Shown here: piece by piece, positions 37,932-48,322 of the stretch
How the letters are laid out: every line of letters begins with the position of its first letter
Numbering within the stretch: the first letter of the stretch is position 1
Assembly: GCA_002428325.1 (NCBI GenBank)
Contig: DIVR01000026.1
Span: 9,219 to 73,218, forward strand
Reading direction: 5' to 3'
DNA length: 64,000 bases
Source of the DNA: a bacterium UBP4_UBA6127
Lineage (GTDB): Bacteria > UBP4 > UBA4092
Made by a program: the position numbers and the translations under genes
The notes under the pieces: generated by a model
What the model was told of the DNA's origin: nothing
The model's database searches: none
The model's input: only the letters and a program-made list of their open reading frames with translations

Positions 37932-39674
37932 TTAGCGTTTATTCTTCCAATTTCTTCTTGTATAAACCAGCATTATTCCTGCCAATAGCCAGAAGAACCA
38001 GAAAATCAAACTGATATCATTAGCAATTAATCTCAGCGGTGTATTCCTAAACCTGATTTCCAAGACCTGGTAACCTGGAGCCAATTCTACTTTCAAGAAA
38101 CCATTCGGTGTTATCTTAAAAGGAGTAAATTTCCCCTTTGAATAAACTTCCCATCCCGGATAATAAAAGACAGGAATAACGACTTCTTGTTTTTGAGGTA
38201 ATTCCAATTCATAAATTTTCCAATAACTGTCAGCTCTGCGAGCTCGAACCTGAATAGGAATACCGGCAGAGGTCTCTAATAAGGTATCGGCTGGACCGGA
38301 GGGCATAACTCGAACCCAAAGAGGAAGATACTCATTGCTCATTGTTGTCCCATAAGTTCCAGTAGCAGATTCAATGGCCCAGACAGTTCTTCGAAGATAT
38401 ATTTCATCGGGAACCCTTACATGCCGAGCTCCAAGACAGGGATATATCAAACTCATCGCAATAAAAACCACCATCAGGCTTATAAACTGAATTTTCCTCT
38501 CCTTTAAAAACATCTGAAGACCCGGACCCAACAGTAAGGCCGTCATAAAAGCCATTGGGAGGGCTGCCAAGGAGAGAAACCTCCAGGGGTAGAGAACATA
38601 TCGCATCAAAGGCAGATGGTCCCAGAACCACAAACTAAAAGGTAACATAAAAAAAAGCATAGAACACCATGCTCCCAGCCAAAAGAGAGCTTCTTCCCGA
38701 TGATCTATTGAATACTTTTTCCAATTCAAAAACAGAAGAATGATTCCAGTCATAACCGTCATCAGGAAGACAATCCCTAATTGGAAAGACATTCCATCTC
38801 CAGGCCCCGCACAACTCCCCCCATATCCCCAATTCAATATAAAGAGTTGATACCAATATAGAAAATGCTCATGATAAGGAGCATCCTGGAGAAGTCCGGC
38901 AATATTGACATATTTTTTTTCATAAAAAGCCGGGAGCCAGAAAAAAGCAGATAAGCCCAGTCCCCCTAAATAACTTCCCCCGGTAAATATCAAGAGCTTC
39001 CAATTTCGAAGGCTTTTAAAGATCATCCAAGCAGTTAGAAATCCGGTAAACAAGAGGGCCATAATATTATGGCTCAGGAGTACCAGGCAAAAGAAAAACG
39101 AGCCGGCAAGCATTCCTGCATATCGTTTAGAACCATTAGAATCAATACAGGTGAATCCCCATAAAACCCAAGGAAACAAAGCAGATGCCAATAATTCAGA
39201 AATATCTCCCCTGACATAAGCATTGACCAGGTGATAGGGATAGCAATTATAAAGGATTCCAGCCACCAGAGCGGCTTTACTATCAAAGATTCGTTTTAAC
39301 CAAAGCCAGACCCCAATGCCTCCCATCAGAAGAGACAACCCGAAAACTATATGCATGGCCCCAACCGGATTATGCCATATTCCCAGAAAAAGAAGACCTG
39401 TGAGATAAGCAAGTGGAGCATAAAAATTAAAAAACGGATAACCATACCCCATACCGAACAAATCGGTCCACCTGGGTGGAAACTGTCCCTCCTGGAAACA
39501 CTTTTCCATGGCCATTAACCGATGTAAGGGAAAATACTGGTCATGGGTTAGAATCATCCCCGGACCCATCAGTGGAATCAGTACCGGTAAAGAAAATAGC
39601 AACAGGATAAGTAATTCAATCAGGCTCTGAAAGTTAATTTTGGTCTTTATAATTTTTTTCATAGAAAAGCCCAT
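37932..39674 (-). CDS. Polytopic membrane protein, putative GT-C-fold glycosyltransferase (PTPS-related/YfhO-like)
   Basis: About 12 predicted TM segments with large loops. Conserved-looking blocks (THDQYFPLHRL, YPYHLVNAYVRGD). Family assignment is from memory of the PTPS-related membrane-protein family and is tentative. Confidence 0.45.
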   Translation of the reverse strand: MGFSMKKIIKTKINFQSLIELLILLLFSLPVLIPLMGPGMILTHDQYFPLHRLMAMEKCFQEGQFPPRWTDLFGMGYGYPFFNFYAPLAYLTGLLFLGIWHNPVGAMHIVFGLSLLMGGIGVWLWLKRIFDSKAALVAGILYNCYPYHLVNAYVRGDISELLASALFPWVLWGFTCIDSNGSKRYAGMLAGSFFFCLVLLSHNIMALLFTGFLTAWMIFKSLRNWKLLIFTGGSYLGGLGLSAFFWLPAFYEKKYVNIAGLLQDAPYHEHFLYWYQLFILNWGYGGSCAGPGDGMSFQLGIVFLMTVMTGIILLFLNWKKYSIDHREEALFWLGAWCSMLFFMLPFSLWFWDHLPLMRYVLYPWRFLSLAALPMAFMTALLLGPGLQMFLKERKIQFISLMVVFIAMSLIYPCLGARHVRVPDEIYLRRTVWAIESATGTYGTTMSNEYLPLWVRVMPSGPADTLLETSAGIPIQVRARRADSYWKIYELELPQKQEVVIPVFYYPGWEVYSKGKFTPFKITPNGFLKVELAPGYQVLEIRFRNTPLRLIANDISLIFWFFWLLAGIMLVYTRRNWKNKR

Positions 39675-40710
39675 TTTTATAGTAATAAAGCCGATAATCC
39701 AATCCGGTCATCCTATTCCCTGAAGACAACTGATTTATCATGTCATCCTTTTTATCCATCAAGATTGGGAGAAGCCTATTTTTCTCGAAGGTTTTTTGGG
39801 ATTGGCAAGTTTCCAGGAAGGCATGGGTACACTGATAAGCCATGAGTGATTCCCAAGTAGGCAGTCCCGAGGGAACGCCTTTCATGAATCGGCTGAATCC
39901 TGAATTGGAGCCGGGAAAATAGAAGAAAGAAAAGACATTATCGGGAATTTCATTCTGGGATAACAGAAAACTGGATGGTACGATAACAGGAACATGAGGA
40001 TACTTTTTCCGAAGGAAATGGATATTCTCCATAATTGATTTCAATGAACTATCCAACACAATCCAATCAGGTATGAAATTCCCGGGGACAGATGATAATG
40101 ATGTGGGAGTTATATTGTTGGTATTGATTTGAACAATATGATTTTCCCCAATTTTCAGGAGAAACTCTCTATTTATTGATAGGGTCGATGAACAGACATA
40201 GAGTATTTTCCCGGAAGCTAGACAGGAGGAAAGGGCTTGGGAGAAATTTCTGGGGTCTGAAATCTGAGGATCGTTCCAACAGATGAGAGAAGAATTACTG
40301 GAAATAGAATTTCTACTCAGGGTAAGAAAAATGGGAGTTTCATTGGTTGTTTTTTTCTTCTGAAACAATTCAATAAGGCCTGTCTGGTCCTGATCTAATA
40401 CAAAGACGGGGAGAGTCTCCCCGGGATGAACATCATTTTGATAATAAAACGCAGATGATTCAGAGAGGACCCTGGTTTTAACCATCAGGCCCAGTATTCC
40501 GCCTTTTTCATTCCAATCAGTAACCGCTTGTTCTACTCCATGATTCATTTCCACCCAGGAGAGTGAAGGCAAATCAGGTCGAAGAATTCCAATCAATAAG
40601 ACCTGGTCAGGTTTTCTATAATCAAATAATAAAAAACTCAGAACCCCTGTTATTAACAAGAGTCCTAGCAGATATCGAATACCCTCTCTCAAAGCCAGTT
40701 TTTTCAGCAT
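39634..40710 (-). CDS. Periplasmic-binding-protein type I (LivJ/ANF-receptor-like) domain protein with N-terminal membrane anchor
   Basis: N-terminal TM helix, then LLIGILRPDL...GVEQAVTDWNEKGGILG resembling the LivJ N-terminal block (VAVVGAMSG...GARQAIKDINAKGGIKG). Its 3' end overlaps the downstream membrane-protein gene by 41 nt. Confidence 0.45.
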   Translation of the reverse strand: MLKKLALREGIRYLLGLLLITGVLSFLLFDYRKPDQVLLIGILRPDLPSLSWVEMNHGVEQAVTDWNEKGGILGLMVKTRVLSESSAFYYQNDVHPGETLPVFVLDQDQTGLIELFQKKKTTNETPIFLTLSRNSISSNSSLICWNDPQISDPRNFSQALSSCLASGKILYVCSSTLSINREFLLKIGENHIVQINTNNITPTSLSSVPGNFIPDWIVLDSSLKSIMENIHFLRKKYPHVPVIVPSSFLLSQNEIPDNVFSFFYFPGSNSGFSRFMKGVPSGLPTWESLMAYQCTHAFLETCQSQKTFEKNRLLPILMDKKDDMINQLSSGNRMTGLDYRLYYYKNGLFYEKNYKDQN

Positions 40711-40787
40711 TTTTCCACGTTGAAAGTCATTTCCCGTTATAATGAATAAATCTTATTTAATTACTCTACTACAGGTTTTGCATAAGC

Positions 40788-41975
40788 ATGATAGATTATC
40801 CAACCCTATATTTGCAAAAAAAACATGATCACCGGATAAAAGCCGGACATCAATGGATATTTTCCAATGAATTAAAAGAAGTACCCAGACTCGACCCCGG
40901 TACTGTGGTTGATTTTATAGATGCCCATGGGCATTTCCTGGCCCGAGGGTATTATAATCCTCATTCCCTGATTTGTGGCAGAGTCTTGACCCGTAATTCT
41001 CATGAATCCATTGACCGGGATTTCTTCTCCAAGAGATTGAAAAGAGCCTTTGAATACAGGAAATTCCTTTATCCCGGAGAAGAATCTTATCGTTTAGTTT
41101 TTTCAGAAGCAGATTTTCTCCCCGGCATAATAATAGACAAATATGTGGACCACCTGGTCTTCCAAGTTCTAACAGCAGGAATGGAACTATGGAAATCAAC
41201 CCTGGTGGAACTGGCATCAGAATTATTAAAACCTGCCTGCATTTATGAACGCAGTGATTCAGCTAACCGAGCCCACGAAGATTTGGAAAAGGTACAACAA
41301 TGCCTTTCAGGAACTCCTGATCCCAATTTATGTATCTTACAGGATGGAGTCAGAATAAAGGTTAATTTACAGGAGGGGCAAAAAACCGGATTCTTCTTTG
41401 ACCATCGGGAAAATCGAAAAAGCCTTGCCAGCATTGTACCAGGAAAAGAAGTCTTGGACCTGTTTTGCGGTACCGCTCCCTGGACCCTTTATTGCACTCA
41501 ATATGGAGCAACCAACGTACTGGGGGTGGACAGTTCTGCTCTGGCTATTAATTTAGCAAAAGAGAATGCCCATTTGAATAAGATGGAATCTCGCTGTGAA
41601 TTCCAGGTAAAGGATGTTTTTGATGCCCTCCTGGAATTGAACAAGAATAGAAAGAAATATGATGTCGTTCTTTGTGATCCCCCAGCTTTTGCCAAATCCA
41701 GAACCCATAGAAATTCAGCTATCAAAGGATATTTGAAACTCAATCAGTTGGCTCTTTCATTAGTTAAACCGGGAGGATACTTAGTTTCTTCTTCCTGCTC
41801 CCAATTAGTATCTCGGACAGAGTTCAGAGATATCCTTAAAGAATCAGGGGTTAAAAGTGATAAAAACCTGATACTGACCCGAGAAGGCGGCCAGGGTCCT
41901 GACCATCCTATTTTAATGCAGGTCCCTGAAACAGAATACCTCAAATGTCTGACTGTAAAAGTAGAAAACAGGTAA
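40788..41975 (+). CDS. rlmI: Class I SAM-dependent rRNA (cytosine-C5) methyltransferase, RlmI-like (PUA + MTase)
   Basis: N-terminal PUA-like region. Rossmann motif I LDLFCGTAPW and motif IV VLCDPPAFAKS. Confidence 0.75.
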   Translation: MIDYPTLYLQKKHDHRIKAGHQWIFSNELKEVPRLDPGTVVDFIDAHGHFLARGYYNPHSLICGRVLTRNSHESIDRDFFSKRLKRAFEYRKFLYPGEESYRLVFSEADFLPGIIIDKYVDHLVFQVLTAGMELWKSTLVELASELLKPACIYERSDSANRAHEDLEKVQQCLSGTPDPNLCILQDGVRIKVNLQEGQKTGFFFDHRENRKSLASIVPGKEVLDLFCGTAPWTLYCTQYGATNVLGVDSSALAINLAKENAHLNKMESRCEFQVKDVFDALLELNKNRKKYDVVLCDPPAFAKSRTHRNSAIKGYLKLNQLALSLVKPGGYLVSSSCSQLVSRTEFRDILKESGVKSDKNLILTREGGQGPDHPILMQVPETEYLKCLTVKVENR

Positions 41976-42047
41976 GCTCAGACCTGAGTTCACCCATCAT
42001 CATAATAATAGAATATTCGTTTAACTGATGTTATCTGTTATGCCCAA

Positions 42048-42073
42048 GAGTTTTTGACAGCTGTCAAAAACTC
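42048..42073. repeat. Perfect 26-bp palindrome GAGTTTTTGACAGCTGTCAAAAACTC (copy 3 of the TTTTGACAGCTGTCAAAA family)
   Basis: Exact dyad, located in the convergent gap between rlmI (+) and hisC (-). Confidence 0.9.
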
Positions 42074-42307
42074 TTTATGGGAGATTTTCTGAGACTTCAT
42101 TATTTATTACTTCCAATCTATCTCTCAATCATGAGAATTATTCCTATTTTATTAATGGCTTCCATTCAAGGGTGTTATTCTCTTCATAGATATTAATATT
42201 TTACTTCTTTTTAGCCTAATAAATCTAAGGCTTCCATAGTAATCAGGAGACAAAAATATCCTCAATGAGATAACCCATTGAGGATATTGATCAAGTTTCT
42301 GTACCCG

Positions 42308-43345
42308 TTAATATTTTTTTAAAGCATCCACAAGGGAGGCAATCTCCTCCTCAGTTCCAACGGTAATCCTGACTGATTCAGACAGCCTGGGTCGGTCCCA
42401 ATACCTGACCAGAATTTTCTTCTTCTTCAAATATTGATATAAGGATTTGCCATTTTTATCAGGCGGACTGGCAAAGATAAAGTTAGCTTCTGAAGGCCAG
42501 ACTTTGAAGCCAAGATGTTCTAACTCGCCTACTAATTTCTGCCGAGAATTAATAACTTTTGAAACTATATTCTTAAAATAAGCTTTATCTTCAAGAGCTG
42601 CCTGCGCTGCTACCTGGCTGAGCCTATTTACATTATATGAATCTTTCACCATATAAAATCCATTAATAATATCCGGTGAAGAGACTGCATATCCTAATCG
42701 CATTCCTGCCAGTGAATAGGATTTTGAAAAAGTTCTACAGACAATCAGGTTCGAGTATTTTTTCAAAAGAGGCAATGCAGAAGATTGGGCAAAATCAGCA
42801 TAAGCTTCATCAATCACAACCAACCCTTTAAATTTCTCGCAGGCAAGAGAGATTTTATCTTCTGAAAAATATCCTCCAGTAGGAGAATTAGGATTGGGAA
42901 TAAAAAGGATTTTCCCTTGCCATTCATCTTTCCATTCAGGAAAATCAAAATTATCCGTCAGTGGGATTTCCCGGGTCTTACCATCACTCAGCTGTGCCAA
43001 CGTTTGATAAAGAGGATAGGAAGGAGAAGGATATAACACTTTTTCTCCCGGATTCAAAAAAGCCGATAAGATAAGGCGAAGGATTTCATCAGACCCATTG
43101 CCACAGATTATCTGGTTCTGGTTCAACCGATAAGTTTTAGCAATAGCCTTTCGCAAGGATTTGCATAAAGCATCCGGATATAAATTCAAGGGGTCCGAAG
43201 CGGCTCTTTTCAGGGCTTGGACCACCTTGGGAGAAGGAGGGTACGGATTTTCATTGGTGTTTAATTTTATCCAGCCGGCATCCTGGGGTTGCTCCCCTGG
43301 AATATAGGCTTCGAATTTTTGCAATGTTTTTCGGATATAAGACAT
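42308..43345 (-). CDS. hisC: Histidinol-phosphate aminotransferase
   Basis: KLNTNENPYPPSP motif near the N-terminus; PLP-aminotransferase class II length and blocks. Confidence 0.9.
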   Translation of the reverse strand: MSYIRKTLQKFEAYIPGEQPQDAGWIKLNTNENPYPPSPKVVQALKRAASDPLNLYPDALCKSLRKAIAKTYRLNQNQIICGNGSDEILRLILSAFLNPGEKVLYPSPSYPLYQTLAQLSDGKTREIPLTDNFDFPEWKDEWQGKILFIPNPNSPTGGYFSEDKISLACEKFKGLVVIDEAYADFAQSSALPLLKKYSNLIVCRTFSKSYSLAGMRLGYAVSSPDIINGFYMVKDSYNVNRLSQVAAQAALEDKAYFKNIVSKVINSRQKLVGELEHLGFKVWPSEANFIFASPPDKNGKSLYQYLKKKKILVRYWDRPRLSESVRITVGTEEEIASLVDALKKY

Positions 43346-44643
43346 TATTTTCTGCCTTTCAAACGGACCCTTATAGACTGTCCATGAGCCGTTAACTGTT
43401 CCACCTCAGCAAAGGTGATCGTGGCTTCTGCCAATTTATCAAAAGCTTTTTCTGTCAGTTCCACCACATTTGTTTTCTTAATAAATTCATCATAATTGAG
43501 TCCGGAGAATATTCTTGCTGTTCCTCCGGTAGGAAGAATATGATTCGTGCCTGCTGTGTAATCTCCAATAGGTTCGGGAGTCCAGGGACCTACAAAGATA
43601 GCTCCTGCACAGGTAACTTTTTCAGAGACTTTCCGAGCCTCCCTCGTCATCACTTCAAGATGTTCCGGGGCTACCAGATCCGATACTTCCAAAGCTTCCT
43701 CAAGAGAAGCGGTCAGAATCGTATATCCCCCATTTTTCAATGACATGGAGGCGGCATCACATCGGGTGAGTTGATGGACCTTCAGGGTTAATTCAGCTTC
43801 TACATCATCTGCAAGTTTAGCTGATGTAGTTACCAGAAATACCCGTTCATTCCCAGTATGTTCGGCCTGGGAGAGAAGATCGGCAGCCACCCAGGCTGGA
43901 TTGGCCGTATCATCGGCCAGGACCAGTATTTCACTGGGTCCGGGTATCATTTCAATATCCACCAGACCGAAAACCTGACGTTTGGCTTCAACTACAAATC
44001 GGTTACCTGCTCCGACAATTTTATCCACTTTAGGGATGCGTTTTGTGCCAAAAGCCATCGCTCCGATGGCTTGAACACCACCGACTTTGTAAATTTCAGT
44101 TATCCCCATCAGTCCGGCGCAGGCCAGGATATGAGGATTGATACAGCCATCCGGACCAGGAGGGGTAGCCACCACAATCTCAGGAACCCCTGCGACTTTA
44201 GCAGGTACCGTACACATCAAAAATGAAGAAGCTAATGGAGCGGCTCCCCCAGGAACATAAACCCCTACCCGTTTTAAAGGTCTGACTCTTTGGGTCAGCC
44301 GGGTTCCATCCGCCCGCTTATACGACCGAGTCTTTCGTGCCTGGAATTGATGATATTCAGTAATATTTTTTATGGCTGTTTTAGCCACTTTCAGAAATTT
44401 CTTATCAACTGTCTTAAGGGAATCTGCAATCTCTTTAGAAGTAACTTTCATTTGGGAAGGCCTAAACTGAGCTTTATCGAATTGAGCTGTATATCGGATG
44501 ACTGCTTCATCGCCATTTTGAGCAATATCTTCCAGGATATCCGAGACTCGTTTCTCAGTTTTACGATCCCTCATTATGTTAGGAGAAAGCATCCTTAACA
44601 GAGCTTTTTTATCTTTAGGATTGGAATAATTCAATCGTTTCAT
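43345..44643 (-). CDS. hisD: Histidinol dehydrogenase
   Basis: Length and conserved HisD blocks. The stop overlaps the hisC start by 1 nt (TAATG), indicating translational coupling. Confidence 0.9.
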   Translation of the reverse strand: MKRLNYSNPKDKKALLRMLSPNIMRDRKTEKRVSDILEDIAQNGDEAVIRYTAQFDKAQFRPSQMKVTSKEIADSLKTVDKKFLKVAKTAIKNITEYHQFQARKTRSYKRADGTRLTQRVRPLKRVGVYVPGGAAPLASSFLMCTVPAKVAGVPEIVVATPPGPDGCINPHILACAGLMGITEIYKVGGVQAIGAMAFGTKRIPKVDKIVGAGNRFVVEAKRQVFGLVDIEMIPGPSEILVLADDTANPAWVAADLLSQAEHTGNERVFLVTTSAKLADDVEAELTLKVHQLTRCDAASMSLKNGGYTILTASLEEALEVSDLVAPEHLEVMTREARKVSEKVTCAGAIFVGPWTPEPIGDYTAGTNHILPTGGTARIFSGLNYDEFIKKTNVVELTEKAFDKLAEATITFAEVEQLTAHGQSIRVRLKGRK

Positions 44644-44660
44644 ACAGAAAATCCTTTCAT

Positions 44661-45167
44661 CTATTTAATCTGAAGATACTGCCTGGCATATTCGACATAT
44701 TTCAAAGCAGACTCATGGCCTGAGGGGTCACCCTCCTGAACCGGTCGGATAATTTTACCGGGAACCCCCATCACCAGGGACCCCGGGGGAATAATTTTCC
44801 CTTCGGGGATAAGGGCCCCAGCAGCAATAATCGAACCTTTTCCTATCCGGGCTCCGGTTAAAATAGTGGCATGCATACCAATGAGACAATCATCTTCGAC
44901 CACACAGCCATGCAGGATGACCCCATGCCCAACAGTTACATAATCTCCAACTAGGCAAGGGTCTTTTTTTTCCAGATGGATCACTGAACCATCCTGGATA
45001 TTGGTATAATCACCAATCTCTATACGGGCCAAATCAGCTCTTAATACAGCATTAAACCAGATATTGGCAGAACGACCAATCCTGACATCTCCAATTAAAA
45101 CAGCTGTTTCGGCGATAAATGCACTTTTGGATATATTGGGTTTAATCCCCTGGAATGTAATAAGCAT
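44661..45167 (-). CDS. Gamma-carbonic-anhydrase-like hexapeptide-repeat protein (PaaY/YrdA family)
   Basis: Left-handed beta-helix hexapeptide repeats throughout. N-terminal FIAETAVLIGDVRIG pattern. Confidence 0.8.
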   Translation of the reverse strand: MLITFQGIKPNISKSAFIAETAVLIGDVRIGRSANIWFNAVLRADLARIEIGDYTNIQDGSVIHLEKKDPCLVGDYVTVGHGVILHGCVVEDDCLIGMHATILTGARIGKGSIIAAGALIPEGKIIPPGSLVMGVPGKIIRPVQEGDPSGHESALKYVEYARQYLQIK

Positions 45168-45209
45168 AATAATTAATTTTCGCTGATAAGAGGGGGTTTT
45201 GGGAAGTTT

Positions 45210-46244
45210 TTAATCTCGAAGGGATTGTTCTTCGGGTAAATGAGAAGCCAATAACCCTCTGATAAACCAGGCTCCATAAACAAAATGGGTCGCTGCCAGA
45301 CCTGAAAATATATACCAGCGAAGCTTTATATTATCCCCAAAAGAGAGTTGACCGGAATCAGGATGGCCTGTCTCATATGGATTAGATAAAAGGGCTGTCC
45401 CCAGAGCAATCGCCAGATAGAAAACAATTACTCCCAGATATAGACCAAAGAGTATTGAATGAATCCAATAGGTTATCCAACCCGTTAAGAGTCCAATCAC
45501 CCATATCGATGGTAAAAAATAAGAAAGCCGGAAGGAGGTTTCAGGAAACCTCTTCACAAAATGACCTCGATGTAATCCATAATTCCAGACTTGCCGGAGA
45601 TGAGGCTTATACATACGCCGTCGATGGTGATAGACAAAAACTCCCGGATCATACACAATTTTCTTCTTCATCCGTATTGTTATTTCCAGGCATAATTTGG
45701 TATCTTCACCCGGCCAGAATCCTGTATCAAACCCTCCGATAGCCTCGAAAATATCACGTCTGACTAACAGATTGCAGGTAGGATAATCATCTACTTCCCG
45801 GCGGGCCTGAGGGATATAACGGAATCGATAAGTCCCCCCGACCAGACAGGAGCTGTAAATCAAGCCACTGGCCTGGGGACCGATTCCATCCAAGGGAGGT
45901 GTAACCGCGGGTCCCCCGACTGCCCCAATCGATTCATCAGACTGGAACACTTCCACCGCTTTTGTCAGCCAGTCAGTAATGGGATAGGCATCATCATCCA
46001 GAAAAGCCAGAATTTCACCAGAAGAATTCTGTACCCCTAAATCCCTTTTATACCCCGGAGAACTCTTTTTTCCGGTAGGAATTATGGTAACTCCTTCCAG
46101 AGGAATACCTTCATACTCATCGGGAAGGACAATGATTTCATAATCGGGATAATTTAACTTTTTACAGTGGGCTATGGATTCATCCAAATAAGAATTCCAA
46201 GGTCCAACGGCAATGATGATGGATGCTTTAGGAGTTTTATTCAT
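45210..46244 (-). CDS. Glycosyltransferase family 2 protein with C-terminal TM helices
   Basis: GT2 N-terminal fold (IIIAVGPWN...YEIIVLPDE; DDD-type motif FLDDDAY). Three or four C-terminal TM helices. Confidence 0.8.
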   Translation of the reverse strand: MNKTPKASIIIAVGPWNSYLDESIAHCKKLNYPDYEIIVLPDEYEGIPLEGVTIIPTGKKSSPGYKRDLGVQNSSGEILAFLDDDAYPITDWLTKAVEVFQSDESIGAVGGPAVTPPLDGIGPQASGLIYSSCLVGGTYRFRYIPQARREVDDYPTCNLLVRRDIFEAIGGFDTGFWPGEDTKLCLEITIRMKKKIVYDPGVFVYHHRRRMYKPHLRQVWNYGLHRGHFVKRFPETSFRLSYFLPSIWVIGLLTGWITYWIHSILFGLYLGVIVFYLAIALGTALLSNPYETGHPDSGQLSFGDNIKLRWYIFSGLAATHFVYGAWFIRGLLASHLPEEQSLRD

Positions 46245-46983
46245 TCGTTCTATCGTAATATTTCAATATTTTCAATCGATAATAAACCGCCAGGGTTTCT
46301 TTCCAGGTATCCCAGATGGCTTTTAATCCAATTCTTCCAAACTTCCAATGATGTTCCAAGACTATGGGAGATTCAGCTATTTTATACCCTTTATGGTGCG
46401 CTACCACCAGAACTTCCAAGTCAAAGGCATATCGTTTAACACAAATTTTGGGGAAGACATTTTCCAACACTTCATATTTAAATAATTTCAACCCTGTCTG
46501 AGTATCCCGTAAGGGAAGCCCAAACATCATCTTTACCAGAAAGAAATATCCCGAAGAAATAATTTTTCTGTCTTTGGGATAATTCAAACGGGAATCCGGA
46601 TGGCGTTTTGAACCAATCACGACATCCGCCTGATTCTTATCCATAATATCAAAAAGCAGATGGATTTGCCTGGGATGAAGGTCCAAATCACTATCCAGAA
46701 AGACAACATAGTTTCCTGTAGCTTTTTCAAACCCTTTTCGAAGAGCCCAACCTTTTCCCATATTATGAGGCTGTTTCACAACCATCACATCAGGAAACTC
46801 ATCTGCAGCCTTTTGTGAGTTTTGATAGGTTCTGTCGGAACTGCCATCATCCACTATAATAATCTCAAACTCTTCATGCTCTTCTTCAAAAACGTTGCGG
46901 GTTTCAAGAATATTCTCATAGATATGAGCTTCCTCATTATAAGCCGGCATGATTATTGAGATTTTGCCATTTATCTTCGACAT
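46237..46983 (-). CDS. Glycosyltransferase family 2 protein (DPM1/dolichyl-phosphate glycosyltransferase-like)
   Basis: ISIIMPAYNEE...IIIVDDGSSD...FLDSDLDLHP. Start placed at MSKINGK (46983) with a GGAAAG RBS; the ORF-track start at 47064 is less likely. Overlaps the downstream GT2 by 8 nt. Confidence 0.8.
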   Translation of the reverse strand: MSKINGKISIIMPAYNEEAHIYENILETRNVFEEEHEEFEIIIVDDGSSDRTYQNSQKAADEFPDVMVVKQPHNMGKGWALRKGFEKATGNYVVFLDSDLDLHPRQIHLLFDIMDKNQADVVIGSKRHPDSRLNYPKDRKIISSGYFFLVKMMFGLPLRDTQTGLKLFKYEVLENVFPKICVKRYAFDLEVLVVAHHKGYKIAESPIVLEHHWKFGRIGLKAIWDTWKETLAVYYRLKILKYYDRTNE

Positions 46984-47146
46984 GGTTCTTTCCATCAATG
47001 TTTTCGGTTTTGCTGTGTATTTTATCCCAAGATAGCTGATTCTTGCTAAAAAAAAGCTTATCATAGAATAATGAACCCTTTTTAACCCAAAAAATGAAAA
47101 GTAAAATTTGAAAGTTTACAGGCATTCAAGTTAAGATTTCTTCCTT

Positions 47147-48283
47147 ATGAAACAATACAAAATACTCCATGTAGAATATCGAGATTACATACATCCCGAA
47201 GCTGGGGGCGCAGAAGTGGTCCTTCGGGAAGTTTATCGACGATTAAGCCAACAGGGACACCAGGTTGATTATCTGACATCTCTGTATCCTGGAGCCTCAC
47301 CAGAAGAAATGATGGATGGAGCTCGGATGATACGCACAGGGAATAAGTGGAATTTTAATTGGGCGGCTCCACATTTTTATAGAAAACACCTGCAAGACAA
47401 CCAGTATGACATTATCATTGAAGGGATCGACAAAATACCCTTTTTTTTTCCACTTTATACTAAAACACCAGTATTACCCCTGGTTCCCCATCTTTTTGGG
47501 ACCACAGCCTTTAAAGAGGCCCCTTTCCCTGCGGCTGCCTATGTCTGGCTAATGGAACATTTCATCCCCAGGATTTATCGGAAATGCCCATATTACCTGA
47601 CATATTCCCTCAGCACTAAAGATGATTTAATAAAAAGAGGGATTACTGAAAATATTATTCATGTCGCCTATATTGCTCTCAATCATGACTTATTCAAGCC
47701 TGCATCGGAAGGTTCTTCCCGGCATCCCCATTCCCTGGCTTATGTAGGTAGAATTAAGCGTTATAAATTTATTGACCATGGAATTCAAGCGGTAGCCCGG
47801 CTGAAAAAGGATTACCCTGATATTATTTATCATATTGTGGGCCGAGGGGATAACCTTGAATCACTTAAACAACTGACCGCTCAGTTAAATCTTCAGAAGC
47901 ATGTAAAATTCTGGGGATTCGTTGATGAAGCTACCAAAGTCAAAATCCTGCAGGAATCTCAGATTTTGTTATATAACTCGGTGAAAGAGGGCTGGGGTCT
48001 GACGGCCATTGAGGCGAATGCCTGCGGGACTCCCGTAATCGCCAGTAACTCTCCCGGACTTCGGGAAGCTGTCTCGGATGGTAAAACCGGATATTTGATT
48101 GAGCATGGCAATCTTGACTTGCTGGAGATGAAAATCAGAGAGATATTTGATTCTCCAGAAGAACAGAAAAGGCTTCAAGAAGGGTCACTGGAATGGGCAC
48201 AATCGTTTAACTGGGACAAAACAGCCGGCCGATTTCTGGAATTTATTGAAAAGACTCTGGAAGCAAAAAACCAAGAACATTGA
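47147..48283 (+). CDS. Glycosyltransferase family 4 protein
   Basis: C-terminal EGWGLTAIEANACGTPVIASNSPGLREAV (E-x7-E motif region of GT4/GT1 retaining transferases). Confidence 0.85.
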   Translation: MKQYKILHVEYRDYIHPEAGGAEVVLREVYRRLSQQGHQVDYLTSLYPGASPEEMMDGARMIRTGNKWNFNWAAPHFYRKHLQDNQYDIIIEGIDKIPFFFPLYTKTPVLPLVPHLFGTTAFKEAPFPAAAYVWLMEHFIPRIYRKCPYYLTYSLSTKDDLIKRGITENIIHVAYIALNHDLFKPASEGSSRHPHSLAYVGRIKRYKFIDHGIQAVARLKKDYPDIIYHIVGRGDNLESLKQLTAQLNLQKHVKFWGFVDEATKVKILQESQILLYNSVKEGWGLTAIEANACGTPVIASNSPGLREAVSDGKTGYLIEHGNLDLLEMKIREIFDSPEEQKRLQEGSLEWAQSFNWDKTAGRFLEFIEKTLEAKNQEH

Positions 48284-48322
48284 TATATTAAGGTTATAAT
48301 ACGGAGGGACTCTCAGGACGGT

